Positions 42,005 to 51,323 of a DNA stretch of 64,000 nt are shown here, in pieces. The notes below the pieces were generated by a model. The model made no database searches. It saw nothing but the letters and a program-made list of their open reading frames with translations, and was not told the origin of the DNA. Origin of the DNA: Candidatus Spongiisociaceae bacterium (lineage in GTDB: Bacteria; Actinomycetota; Acidimicrobiia; Spongiisociales; Spongiisociaceae); the NCBI GenBank assembly GCA_965262915.1, contig OZ253564.1, positions 3,136,001 through 3,200,000 on the forward strand, in the 5' to 3' direction. The translations under genes and the position numbers were made by a program. Positions within the stretch are counted from its first letter, which is position 1. Each line of letters opens with the position of its first letter.

Positions 42005-43290
42005 TGCCCGACCGCCGCGGCGCCCTTTTCCCCCACAAGGGCGTCTCTCCGGAACCGGGAGAGCGTGAAAGGTGCGATCAGATCGGGAGTCCTCTGCCTA
42101 GCGATTGCCTCGGCCATCTGCTCGCCCGACACGGGTCCGGCCTTGAACCCGTAGGTTCCCCAGCCGACATCGCACAGGAACCCTTCCACGGGGGTGAATC
42201 CCATCACCGGCGAGTAGTCGGGAGTCATGTCGCAGAGGCCTGCCCACTGCCGGAGCAGGCGCATCCGAGAGATGCCGGGCATGAGTTCGAGCAGATGTCC
42301 CGCCGTTTGCTCCGTGAACTCCAGAGACCCGCGGATGTTGTATGTGTTGTATGGATCGACGGACGCTCCGAACACCAACTCGCCCCGGGCGGTCTGGCTG
42401 ACGTAGACGTGCAACGTCCCCGACACCACTACTACCGGCAGGAATACCTTGACGGGTTCGGTCACCGCGGCCTGGAGAGGACGGGTGGTGATCGGCAGCT
42501 TGACACCCGCCATGTCGGAGATCAGGGTGGCCCACCCCGCGGTGCAGTTCACAACGACGGGCGCAGCGATGTCGCCGCGGTTGGTACGAACCCCGGTGAC
42601 CCTGCCGCCCGGGCCCTTGCCACCGGGTCCGTCGCCTCCGGTGACCGTGATGTCGACGACCTCTGTCTTCTGGTGCATCTCGACGCCCAGGGAGTCAGCC
42701 CCGCGCGCGTATCCCCACACGACCGCGTCATGCCGGATGATGCCCCCCGGGGGGTGGTAGAGGGCGCCCATAATCGGGTAGCGGGGATGACCGGACGTAT
42801 CGAGGACCGGTGCCAGCTTCTTCACGTCGGCCGGTCCGATAACGCTCGAGTTGACACCCTGTAGCTTGTTGACCTCGGCCCGCCAGTGCATGGTGCGGAG
42901 AGATGCGTCGCTGTGCGCCAGGGTTATGTGACCGCGCTGGGAGAACATCACGTTCATGTTGAGATCGGTGGCCAGCGCTTTGTAGAGATGCAGGGAGCGG
43001 TCGTAGAACACCACGCCCTCGGGCGTGAGGTAGTTCGATCGAAGGATGGCCGTGTTGCGACCCGAGCCCCCGCTTCCGAGATAGGCCTTCTCGAACACGG
43101 CCACATCCGTGATGCCGTGGTTGGCAGCCAGATAGTAGGCGGTGGCCAACCCATGAACGCCCCCGCCGATGATTACAACGTCGTACGCCCCTCGCAGTGG
43201 TGCGTCTCGCCATACACGGGACCAACTGCTGTTCAGTGCGCCCCGGACGATGAGTCCGGCCGCCGAGTACCGGGAGAACCGCTTCTTCAT
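42001..43290 (-). CDS. soxB: Sarcosine oxidase beta-like FAD subunit, probably N-methylglutamate dehydrogenase MgdA
   Basis: GGGVHG, 'GRNTAILRSNYLTPEG', 'RHDAVVWGYA', 'GWGTYGFKA', 'GEKGAAAVGH'. Confidence 0.92.
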   Translation of the reverse strand: MKKRFSRYSAAGLIVRGALNSSWSRVWRDAPLRGAYDVVIIGGGVHGLATAYYLAANHGITDVAVFEKAYLGSGGSGRNTAILRSNYLTPEGVVFYDRSLHLYKALATDLNMNVMFSQRGHITLAHSDASLRTMHWRAEVNKLQGVNSSVIGPADVKKLAPVLDTSGHPRYPIMGALYHPPGGIIRHDAVVWGYARGADSLGVEMHQKTEVVDITVTGGDGPGGKGPGGRVTGVRTNRGDIAAPVVVNCTAGWATLISDMAGVKLPITTRPLQAAVTEPVKVFLPVVVVSGTLHVYVSQTARGELVFGASVDPYNTYNIRGSLEFTEQTAGHLLELMPGISRMRLLRQWAGLCDMTPDYSPVMGFTPVEGFLCDVGWGTYGFKAGPVSGEQMAEAIARQRTPDLIAPFTLSRFRRDALVGEKGAAAVGH

Positions 43291-43390
43291 GGGCAGTGGA
43301 TGGTAACGGTCCTCAGCACCGGGGATGTCGATCGAGTCGGGTCGAGCGGTGAAACGAGAAGCAGAGCGATCAATCCTACGGTATCGGTCT

Positions 43391-43960
43391 TCAGGTGCTG
43401 TCGACCCGCACCGGACCCGCTCGGATCAACCGGGGCGGGTCCCGCGTCAGATCGACAACGGTGGAGGGTCGACCCCCCTCGCATTCACCCTCGACGTAGA
43501 CCGCGACCCCGTCACCGAGCGCTCCCCTCGCCTCCTGGAGGTCGAGGGCGGGTGGGGCCCCGCTCAGGTTGGCGCTCGTTACGGCAAGCGGGCCCGACCG
43601 GGCGAGCAACCGCGCCAGGATCCGATGGTCTGGCATCCGCACAGCCAGGGTTCCGCGACGGTGGTCCCCTACCCCATTCGCCATCGCCGCCTTGGACTCG
43701 AGGATGGCTGTGAGCGCACCGGGCCAGTGCGGTTCGATCGCCTCGCGTGTCCTCTGTTCGAACACCACAAGCTCCTCGGCCTGCGCGAACGAGGCAACCA
43801 GCACCGCGAGGGGAAGGTGGGAGCCGCGCCCTTTCAGTTCGAAGAGCGCACGGACGGCAAACTGATTGGCAGGGTCCACCGCCACCCCGTACACGGTGTC
43901 GGTCGGGACACCGACCACCTGACCGTTGCCGATCGCCGCGACGGCTGCCTCGATGCTCAT
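43391..43960 (-). CDS. tsaC: L-threonylcarbamoyladenylate synthase (TsaC/Sua5)
   Basis: 'PTDTVYG', 'LKGR', 'WPGALT', 'TSANLSG', 'PSTVVD'. Confidence 0.95.
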   Translation of the reverse strand: MSIEAAVAAIGNGQVVGVPTDTVYGVAVDPANQFAVRALFELKGRGSHLPLAVLVASFAQAEELVVFEQRTREAIEPHWPGALTAILESKAAMANGVGDHRRGTLAVRMPDHRILARLLARSGPLAVTSANLSGAPPALDLQEARGALGDGVAVYVEGECEGGRPSTVVDLTRDPPRLIRAGPVRVDST

Positions 43961-44766
43961 CGGTCTCTCCGGGCTACGAGGAACCTGTCCCGTCCCGTCC
44001 AGTCGCGTCCGATCTCAGCCTGCCAGCCAAGGCCTTCGAACAACCCCTGCACCTCCTGCCCTTGTGTCTCGCCGATCTCAGCGGCCAGAACCCCGGATTG
44101 TGTCAACCATGGAGCCGCTTCCGACGCGAGATATCGGTACATGTCCACACCGTCTCCCAGCGCTAGGGCTACCTTCGGCTCATGGTCCCGGACATCGACA
44201 GGAAGGTCCTGCCACTCCCGTTCCGAAACGTAGGGAGGATTGGTGACGATCATCGAGACGGTACCCCGAACCGACCTATCGAGCGCATCGAGGCGGTCGC
44301 CCAAGTAAAACTCCAGTTCCAGGCCCGACCGTGTAGCGTTGCTGCGGGCAACCGCCAGCGCCTCGGCTGATATTTCTGTGGCCATCACCCGGACATCGGG
44401 GCGCCCGTACTTGATAGCGAGGGCGAGGCAACCCGACCCGGTCCCCATGTCGACCACAACGCACGGTCCGTCGGGAAACAGTCCCATCGCCCGCTCCCAG
44501 AGCTGCTCGGTCTCGGGGCGGGGTATCAGCACCCGCCGGTCCACATCCAGTTCGACGGGACCGAACTGCACGGTGCCCTCCAGATATTGGAGGGGTTCGC
44601 CGGCAAGCCGCCGCTCGACCAACCTGTGGAAGCGCCCTGCCTGGACATCATCCATCCGCAGGCCACCAACCAGCGCAGCACGGGGAGCACCGGCCACCCC
44701 TCTCAGGAGTCGCTCCGCCTCATGGCGGGGCAGGCCCGACCCGGAAACCAACTCGCCGGACTCCAC
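43957..44766 (-). CDS. prmC: Release factor glutamine methyltransferase (start uncertain; ORF extends to 44847)
   Basis: 'GEPLQY', 'VLIPRPETE', 'DMGTGSG', 'NPPY'. Confidence 0.95.
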   Translation of the reverse strand: MESGELVSGSGLPRHEAERLLRGVAGAPRAALVGGLRMDDVQAGRFHRLVERRLAGEPLQYLEGTVQFGPVELDVDRRVLIPRPETEQLWERAMGLFPDGPCVVVDMGTGSGCLALAIKYGRPDVRVMATEISAEALAVARSNATRSGLELEFYLGDRLDALDRSVRGTVSMIVTNPPYVSEREWQDLPVDVRDHEPKVALALGDGVDMYRYLASEAAPWLTQSGVLAAEIGETQGQEVQGLFEGLGWQAEIGRDWTGRDRFLVARRDR

Positions 44767-44883
44767 CCGCCCGCTGACCGATCGTCGCAGAATCCGCCGA
44801 GGAGTCAGTCCGGTCATCGTCGCCACCCACCCTGCCGGCCTGTCCATGAGATGCCCCGATCGTTCACGCGCTTGGTGGTTCGA

Positions 44884-45144
44884 TCAGAAGTCGTTGATAC
44901 CGAACCGTTGGCCGCGCGCCGGGATGTCGATCACGGTCGAGGGTGGAAGGCCCAACGCGCGGAGTTCGGCTGCCAACGCCCCCATAATGGAGCGGAGGGC
45001 GCCGGTGTCGTGGATTTCGACATCGACGGCTGTGGCCGACGCGCCGATCACCGAGCCGGCGCGGCCGACGCATCCCTGCACCACCTCCTCGACAGCCGCA
45101 GGCGGAAAGCCGGCATCCGACTGGAAGCGTACGAAAAGGATCAC
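44884..45144 (-). CDS. Hypothetical 86-aa protein between prfA and prmC
   Basis: GTGA overlap with the prfA stop; GC3-rich codons; alternating beta/alpha pattern. Confidence 0.6.
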   Translation of the reverse strand: MILFVRFQSDAGFPPAAVEEVVQGCVGRAGSVIGASATAVDVEIHDTGALRSIMGALAAELRALGLPPSTVIDIPARGQRFGINDF

Positions 45145-46220
45145 ATACCCTCCCCCAGTCGCCTCGTCGCCTCGTCGGCCCTCAAGGCATCCACGAAGGC
45201 GTCGAGTCCCCCCTCGAGTATCTGGGGGAGCCGTTTGATGGTCAATCCGATCCGGTGATCCGTAACCCGGTTCTCGCGGTAGTTGTAGGTGCGGATCTTC
45301 TCGGAACGGTTGCCGCTACCGATCTGTGATCGGCGGCCTGCGGCCCGGTCCGCGTTCTGCGCCTGCATCTCCTCTTGATAGAGGCGGGCCCGCAACACCC
45401 GGAACGCCTTCTCCTTGTTCTGAAGCTGGGACTTCTCGTCCTGACAAGTGACCACCATCCCGCTGGGCAGATACGTGACCCGCACCGCCGAGTCGGTGGT
45501 GTTGACCGATTGGCCTCCCGGTCCCGACGACCGGAAGGTGTCGACTTTCACATCCGCGGGGTCGATCACCACCTCGACTTCCTCTGCTTCCGGCATCACC
45601 GCCACCGTGGCTGTAGAAGTATGAACACGACCCTGCGACTCTGTCTTGGGCACGCGCTGCACGCGATGCACCCCGGCCTCGTACTTGAGCTTGGCGAAGG
45701 CTCCTCTTCCCTTGACGGCGAACGTGACCATGCTGAACCCGCCGGTGCCCGATCCGGAGCTGTTGAGAGGCTCCGACGCGAAACCCTTGAGTTCGGCATA
45801 CCGCTGGTACATCCTCAGCAGATCGCTCGCCCACAAGGCTGCCTCGGCACCCCCGGCTGCGGCCCTTATCTCGACGATCACATCCTTCGTGTCGTCCGGA
45901 TCCTGCGGTACAAGCGCCGCCTTCAGCTCCTCCCGGAGCCGATCCGCCGCCTGCTGCCTGTCCTCGGCCAGTTCCCGAAGCTCGTCGGCAAAGTCCGCGT
46001 CGCCTTCGGCGTCGGCCAGTTCCATCGCGTCGCGGGCCTCCTCTTCCGCCTCCCGCATTGCCCGGTACGAAGTGACCAGGGGTCGGAGTTTGGAGTATCG
46101 ACGGCCGATCTCCGCGTAACGGACGGGATCGGCCAGCACCTCCGGGTCAGCCAGCAACAACTCCGTCTCGTAGAAGGTCCGCTCGATCTCCGCCAAGCGT
46201 CTGGCCAGTCTTCCCTGCAT
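45141..46220 (-). CDS. prfA: Peptide chain release factor 1
   Basis: 'HRVQRVPKTE' (PxT), 'GPGGQSVN', 'RSEKIRTYN'. Confidence 0.98.
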   Translation of the reverse strand: MQGRLARRLAEIERTFYETELLLADPEVLADPVRYAEIGRRYSKLRPLVTSYRAMREAEEEARDAMELADAEGDADFADELRELAEDRQQAADRLREELKAALVPQDPDDTKDVIVEIRAAAGGAEAALWASDLLRMYQRYAELKGFASEPLNSSGSGTGGFSMVTFAVKGRGAFAKLKYEAGVHRVQRVPKTESQGRVHTSTATVAVMPEAEEVEVVIDPADVKVDTFRSSGPGGQSVNTTDSAVRVTYLPSGMVVTCQDEKSQLQNKEKAFRVLRARLYQEEMQAQNADRAAGRRSQIGSGNRSEKIRTYNYRENRVTDHRIGLTIKRLPQILEGGLDAFVDALRADEATRRLGEGM

Positions 46221-46229
46221 CGCGACCGG

Positions 46230-47162
46230 CTACCCGCCGTAGGTACCGAGCGCCTCCGGAGCGATCGGACCCCTCGCCTTCACCTCGTCAACCTCGTCGT
46301 CGGAGAGAGCATGGAGAAGGGCGACCACCGCCACGTCGATCATCGGCTCCTCCGGCACACGCGTCGTGAGGCGTTGCAACCACAACCCGGGAGCGGTGAG
46401 TATCCGGCCCGGCAACCGGCCGGCATGCGATCCGCCCAGCTTCAGTATCTCGTAGGAGATGCCGGCCACTAACGGGATCAGAACCACTCGGCTGGCGATC
46501 AACCAGTACCACGGCAGGTTGCCGACCAGACTGAACACCACGATGGCGGTCAGCATGACTATCAGGAGGAAGCTGGTTCCGCATCGTGGGTGTTCGGGAC
46601 GGTAGGTACCTATATGGGCCAGGTCGAGCGGATCGCCGGCTTCGTACGCATGGATGGTCATGTGCTCGGCTCCGTGATAAGCGAACACTCTCCCGATCTC
46701 CTCCCATCGCCCGATCAACCAGATATACGCGACCAGCATTCCGATCCGGATCACGGCCTCGACGAGATGGAATACGACCGATGAAGCGTCAAACCCGCCC
46801 CACCGGGCCGCCAGCAACGGAACCACGATGAAGACACCGACAAAGAACACCGCCGCCAGCGTCATCGAACTCACCATCTGACCGGTGGTGACCGGTTCCT
46901 CGTCCTCCCCCGCGGACCGCTGGCCTGACCAGGCCAGCGCGCGGAACCCGAGAGTGACGCTCTCGCCCAGCACCAGCACCCCCCTGATTAGGGGAACCTT
47001 GGCCCAACGGGACCGCGAACTGAGCCGGGGTAGCTGGTGGGATACGGCATCGATCTCCCCGTCCGGGGTGCGCACCGCTACCGCCCAAGCGGAGGGCGCG
47101 CGCATCATGACACCCTCGATGACCGCCTGGCCTCCTACCTTGGCGCCTGGGGAGCGCGACAC
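46230..47162 (-). CDS. DUF1385 domain membrane protein
   Basis: 'GGQAVIEGVMMR', 'YHGAEH', 'HPRCGTSF', 'PGLWLQRLTT'. Confidence 0.93.
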   Translation of the reverse strand: MSRSPGAKVGGQAVIEGVMMRAPSAWAVAVRTPDGEIDAVSHQLPRLSSRSRWAKVPLIRGVLVLGESVTLGFRALAWSGQRSAGEDEEPVTTGQMVSSMTLAAVFFVGVFIVVPLLAARWGGFDASSVVFHLVEAVIRIGMLVAYIWLIGRWEEIGRVFAYHGAEHMTIHAYEAGDPLDLAHIGTYRPEHPRCGTSFLLIVMLTAIVVFSLVGNLPWYWLIASRVVLIPLVAGISYEILKLGGSHAGRLPGRILTAPGLWLQRLTTRVPEEPMIDVAVVALLHALSDDEVDEVKARGPIAPEALGTYGG

Positions 47163-47179
47163 GATCCGGCCGCCGACAG

Positions 47180-47458
47180 TCAGGTCCTGGCGCCCGCGCT
47201 CCCTCGACCGCGGGCAAGCTTCCCGTAGCGCCGCTCGAACCGCTCGACTCTCCCCGCGGTGTCCACGAGCTTCTGCTTGCCCGTGAAGAACGGATGGCTG
47301 GCGCTGGATATCTCGACCCGTGCCAGCGGATAGGTCTCGCCGTCTTCCCAGACGATCGTCTCGTTGGTGCGGATGGTCGAGCGGGTGAGGAACGCGAAGT
47401 TGGCGGATGCGTCCTGGAACACAACCGGTTTGTATTGGGGATGTATGTCTTGCTTCAC
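47180..47458 (-). CDS. rpmE: 50S ribosomal protein L31, type B (Cys-free)
   Basis: '[15 protein letters not shown]', '[24 protein letters not shown]'; no CxxC. Confidence 0.96.
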   Translation of the reverse strand: MKQDIHPQYKPVVFQDASANFAFLTRSTIRTNETIVWEDGETYPLARVEISSASHPFFTGKQKLVDTAGRVERFERRYGKLARGRGSAGART

Positions 47459-47646
47459 GGATACTCCTGTTCCGTCGTGCCGGTTCTGCTCATCATCCGC
47501 CTCCCCCGGCGTCCCGGACCGGGGAAGGGCAGCAGGCTCCGAGAATTATGCCACGTCCCGAGAGAATGGCGAGCATCAACCGGCGCCGGCCCGATCGATG
47601 ACGGGACGCACTGATCGGGGACCCGCCGCGGCCCCGCGCCGACCGA

Positions 47647-47720
47647 TAGTGGTCTGTCTGTGAAATGGCGTCGTGTCATGCAAACAGGGCACGGCAAGTT
47701 GTTCGCCGACAGACCGCTAG
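47647..47720. repeat. Miniature inverted-repeat element family A, copy 3
   Basis: TAGTGGTCTGTCTGTGAAATGGCGTCG...GACAGACCGCTAG; overlaps the rho TAG. Confidence 0.9.
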
Positions 47721-49267
47721 TTACGGGACTTGGCTACCTCCGCGAGGAACTCGGCGTTCGACTTCGAGGTCCTCAGCTTGTCGATCAGCAGCTCAAGGCC
47801 CGCTCCCGGCTCCAAGGCCAGCAGCACCCTCCGCAGCTTCCACACCTGCTTGAGCTCGTCCGGACCGAACAGCAGTTCCTCCCTCCGGGTACCGGAGGCG
47901 GCGATGTCGATGGCCGGATACACCCGCCTGTCGGCCAGCCGGCGATCCAACCGCAACTCCATGTTCCCGGTCCCCTTGAACTCCTCGAATATCACCTCGT
48001 CCATCTTCGAACCGGTCTCGACCAGCGCGGTACCGATGATGGTCAGGCTGCCCCCTTCCTCGATGTTGCGGGCCGCACCGAAGAAACGCTTCGGGGGGTA
48101 GAGGGCCGTCGAGTCGACTCCACCGGACAGGATACGACCCGATGCGGGGGTGGCCAGGTTGTGGGCCCGGGCGAGCCGGGTAATGGAATCGAGCAGGATG
48201 ACGACATCCTTGCCCATCTCCACGAGGCGCTTGGCCCTCTCGATAGCAAGCTCGGAGACCTGTGTGTGCTCTTCTGCCGGGCGATCAAAGGTCGAGTAGA
48301 TCACTTCGCCCTTCACCGAGCGCTGCATGTCAGTCACCTCTTCGGGCCGCTCATCGACCAGGACCACCATCAGGTAGCACTCGGGGTTGTTGGTGGTGAT
48401 CGCCTGGGCTATCTCCTTGAGCACGGTGGTCTTTCCGGCCTTGGGCGGGGATACGATCAGACCGCGCTGGCCCTTGCCGATCGGCGCGATGAGATCGACT
48501 ATCCGGGTCAGCGTGTTGCGGGGCCTCAGGGATACCTCCAGGCGCAACCGGATATCGGGGAACAGCGGCGTGAGATTGGAGAACTTGGGTCGCCGGCGGG
48601 CCTCGTCGGGCGTCATACCGTTGTTCTTGTCGATCCGGGTGAGAGCCGGGAACTTCTCCTGACTCCTCGGCGGACGGATCGGACCGCTCACGACATCGCC
48701 CTTCCGAAGGGCAAACTTCCGGATCTGACCGGCCGAGACGTACACGTCCTTCTCACCCGGAAGGAATCCTCCGCATCGCAGGAACCCGTAGCCCTCCGGA
48801 AGGATGTCGAGGGCTCCCTCCCTTACCTCGGGAGGGCCTGAGGGGACCGCGTGCTGTCCTCCGCCGCCACGACCCCGACGCTTCCGGCGGCCGGTGGGCT
48901 GATCCGAGGCCTTCCAGCCTCCCTCCTTCCGCCCGCCTCCGCTCCGCTGGTGACCAGGGGCGGTCGCGGCGGGTGCTCCGGTCTTGGCAGGAGCGGCGGA
49001 CGCCCGCGGCTCCCCGTTGGAATCGCCCCGTTTGACCGTTGCCTCCTCCGCCGGTGGCTTCGTCTTGGCCTTCGAACCGACATCCTTGGCTACCACTTCC
49101 GGAAGGTCGATCGCGATGACACCGTCGGATCCGGCATACGTCCCGGTTCCCATGATCGCGTCGATGAGCTTGGCTTTCTGGATGCCGTCGGTCTTGATGC
49201 CGACGGTCTCGGCGATGCTACGAAGATCCTTGATATTCTTGGCCTGTAGCTCTGATCGAATGGCCAT
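47717..49267 (-). CDS. rho: Transcription termination factor Rho
   Basis: 'GYGFLR', '[15 protein letters not shown]', '[10 protein letters not shown]', '[10 protein letters not shown]', 'FKGTGNMEL'; low-complexity N-terminal insertion. Confidence 0.99.
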   Translation of the reverse strand: MAIRSELQAKNIKDLRSIAETVGIKTDGIQKAKLIDAIMGTGTYAGSDGVIAIDLPEVVAKDVGSKAKTKPPAEEATVKRGDSNGEPRASAAPAKTGAPAATAPGHQRSGGGRKEGGWKASDQPTGRRKRRGRGGGGQHAVPSGPPEVREGALDILPEGYGFLRCGGFLPGEKDVYVSAGQIRKFALRKGDVVSGPIRPPRSQEKFPALTRIDKNNGMTPDEARRRPKFSNLTPLFPDIRLRLEVSLRPRNTLTRIVDLIAPIGKGQRGLIVSPPKAGKTTVLKEIAQAITTNNPECYLMVVLVDERPEEVTDMQRSVKGEVIYSTFDRPAEEHTQVSELAIERAKRLVEMGKDVVILLDSITRLARAHNLATPASGRILSGGVDSTALYPPKRFFGAARNIEEGGSLTIIGTALVETGSKMDEVIFEEFKGTGNMELRLDRRLADRRVYPAIDIAASGTRREELLFGPDELKQVWKLRRVLLALEPGAGLELLIDKLRTSKSNAEFLAEVAKSRN

Positions 49268-49535
49268 CTGGTTCCTCCATGCGGCTTTCCAAATGCGGGG
49301 ACTCCGCGTTACCCACGATCACTAACCCTCTCAATCACCCACCCAAATCACAGCACCCGGACTTGACCGGTACCTACCGGACAGACCCCGACGGTACGGA
49401 TCCGGACAAAGGCCTTCCAGACCTCGGCAATCCGTTCCAAAGCCACCACGTCCACGCATCGGGTTCCTACTTGGAAGAGAGAGCGCCCGACGGATTATGA
49501 GGGTCGATACCCGGCAGCTTTGCGGGAAGAATCGA

Positions 49536-49563
49536 ATGATACCCCATGCGGATGGAAACGCAA
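49536..49563 (-). promoter_or_regulatory. Putative sigma-70 promoter of rho (about 260-nt leader)
   Basis: TTGCGT-N16-TATCAT on the minus strand. Confidence 0.45.
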
Positions 49564-49603
49564 ATACTTCGTTCGAATAGAGCGCTAGAAAGGACCGCGC
49601 TGT

Positions 49604-49952
49604 AGAGGGTCCGTGGATAGGTGGTCACCTAGCGGGAACACAGCGTACGACCGTTCATGGGATGAACACGTTGACCAGGTGTTTCTCAAGCGGCGGCCGG
49701 ACAGGGCTAACGAGGCGATCGGCCTCCGCCTATCCGCCGACCCTCTGGGGAGGGTCGCGAAACGACAACGACCGGCCCCGCTCCGTTGCTCGTCGGCCGA
49801 CCCTCTCCTGCCGAGAGAGCATCCGCCGTAGCGGCCGCGAACCCTCCGACGAGAATGCCGAAAGACCCGGTCGCGGCCCATCGACCGATGACATAATGCC
49901 TGGTCAGAGGAAGACGGGCCGTTGCTCCCCACCGTTTTAGACCACCCTCCTA
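49604..49952. repeat. Three stacked inverted-repeat units (family B)
   Basis: Units 49604-49746 (AGAGGGTC..GACCCTCT), 49749-49847 (GGAGGGT..ACCCTCC) and 49850-49950 (..ACCACCCTCC); 2-nt junctions; the last unit abuts the thrC TAG. Confidence 0.7.
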
Positions 49953-51323
49953 GACGAAACGACTGGCCCTGCGAAGAAAACGGCCGACCGAAGCGAGGTC
50001 GTCGGGCATCCGGGTAACCCGTTCGGGACGCTTCTCAAGGCCCGCCAGCGCAGGCGGAACCGGTGCTGTCCGGCCCACCGCCGCATCCACCGCCGCCGGG
50101 AACTTGGCCGGGTGGGCGGTGGCAAGACACACCACGGGGCCTCCGACCCCGGAATCTCGGGCCGCACCGATACCGATCGCGGTATGTGGATCGACTATGC
50201 GGCCGGTGTTCCGGTAGATGTCGGCCATCACCTCCTTGGTGGCCCGGTCGTCGTACCACCGCGACAAGAAAATGGAGGTCTGGGGACCCTCCGGCACTTC
50301 GAGACACCCTGCTTCGCGGAGCCGGACCATGGCCCGCGCCAGGCGCCCGCCGTCGCTCCCGTACATCTCGAACATCAGGCGCTCCAGATTCGAGGGGACC
50401 TGGATGTCCATCGACGGGCTCAGGGTGGGAACCACTTCGCCCAGATCGAGCCTGTTCCTGCGGAAGAACCCGTCCAGGGTGCGGTTGGCGTTGCTGCCGA
50501 CCACCAACCGCGGGACCGGAAGACCCATCCTGGTGGCGGCGTAGCCGGAGTACACGTTTCCGAAGTTGCCGCTCGGCACCGCGAACGATACCGGTCCGCC
50601 GATACGGATAGCTGCCCAGAAGTAGTAGGCGATCTGGGTGACGAGACGCCCGAAGTTGATCGAGTTGGCGGTGGACAGCGACAGGTCCTCACGGAGGCCC
50701 GGCTCGGCGAACACTGCCTTGACCAGATCCTGGCAGTCGTCGAAGGTACCGTCGACGGCTACGGCATGGACGTTGGGCGCATCGATGGTGGTCATCTGGC
50801 GCCGCTGCACCGCCGTCGTCCGGCCGTCCGGAAAGAGGATCACCACATCCACCCGCTCGCGGTCGCGGAACGCCTCCATCGCCGCCGAACCGGTGTCGCC
50901 CGACGTGGCGCCCAGGATCATGGCGTTACCTCCCCGCCTCTCCAGCGCAAGGTCGAACAGCCTTCCCAACACCTGGAGCGCCAAATCCTTGAACGCCAGC
51001 GTCGGGCCCCAGAACAGCTCCATCAGGAACAGGTCATCGCTCAACTCGACGACCGGCGCCACCTCGGGGTGATCGAAACGGGCGAAGGCGTGCTCGACGA
51101 GTTCCCGCAGCCCCCTCTCGGAAACCAGGTCGGAGGTGAAAGGCCGCAGCACGCCGGACACGACCGAAGGGAATCCGCCACTGCGGTCGACGGTGGCGGG
51201 ATCGACCCGGGGCCAGACCTCCGGTACGTACAAACCCCCGTCCGGCGCCAGCCCGCTCAACATGGCCGTCGGAACGTCGACCGGGGCCGCCCGACCGCGA
51301 GTGGAGACGAGCCGGAGCGCCAC
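49950..51323 (-). CDS. thrC: Threonine synthase (long type)
   Basis: 'STRG', 'GLAPDGGLYVP', 'GPTLAFKD', 'ATSGDTG', 'PSGNFGN', 'DPHTA', 'TAHPAKF'. Confidence 0.97.
   Translation of the reverse strand: MALRLVSTRGRAAPVDVPTAMLSGLAPDGGLYVPEVWPRVDPATVDRSGGFPSVVSGVLRPFTSDLVSERGLRELVEHAFARFDHPEVAPVVELSDDLFLMELFWGPTLAFKDLALQVLGRLFDLALERRGGNAMILGATSGDTGSAAMEAFRDRERVDVVILFPDGRTTAVQRRQMTTIDAPNVHAVAVDGTFDDCQDLVKAVFAEPGLREDLSLSTANSINFGRLVTQIAYYFWAAIRIGGPVSFAVPSGNFGNVYSGYAATRMGLPVPRLVVGSNANRTLDGFFRRNRLDLGEVVPTLSPSMDIQVPSNLERLMFEMYGSDGGRLARAMVRLREAGCLEVPEGPQTSIFLSRWYDDRATKEVMADIYRNTGRIVDPHTAIGIGAARDSGVGGPVVCLATAHPAKFPAAVDAAVGRTAPVPPALAGLEKRPERVTRMPDDLASVGRFLRRASRFV

Noticed and set aside
47455-47697. Recurring 'CPxCxRRHFTxRPL' peptide at the starts of the ORFs at 35150, 41980 and 47697, resembling a Zn-finger leader
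   Set aside because: It is the translation of repeat family A. The real genes start later with proper RBS or overlaps, and the 41980 extension runs over soxD.
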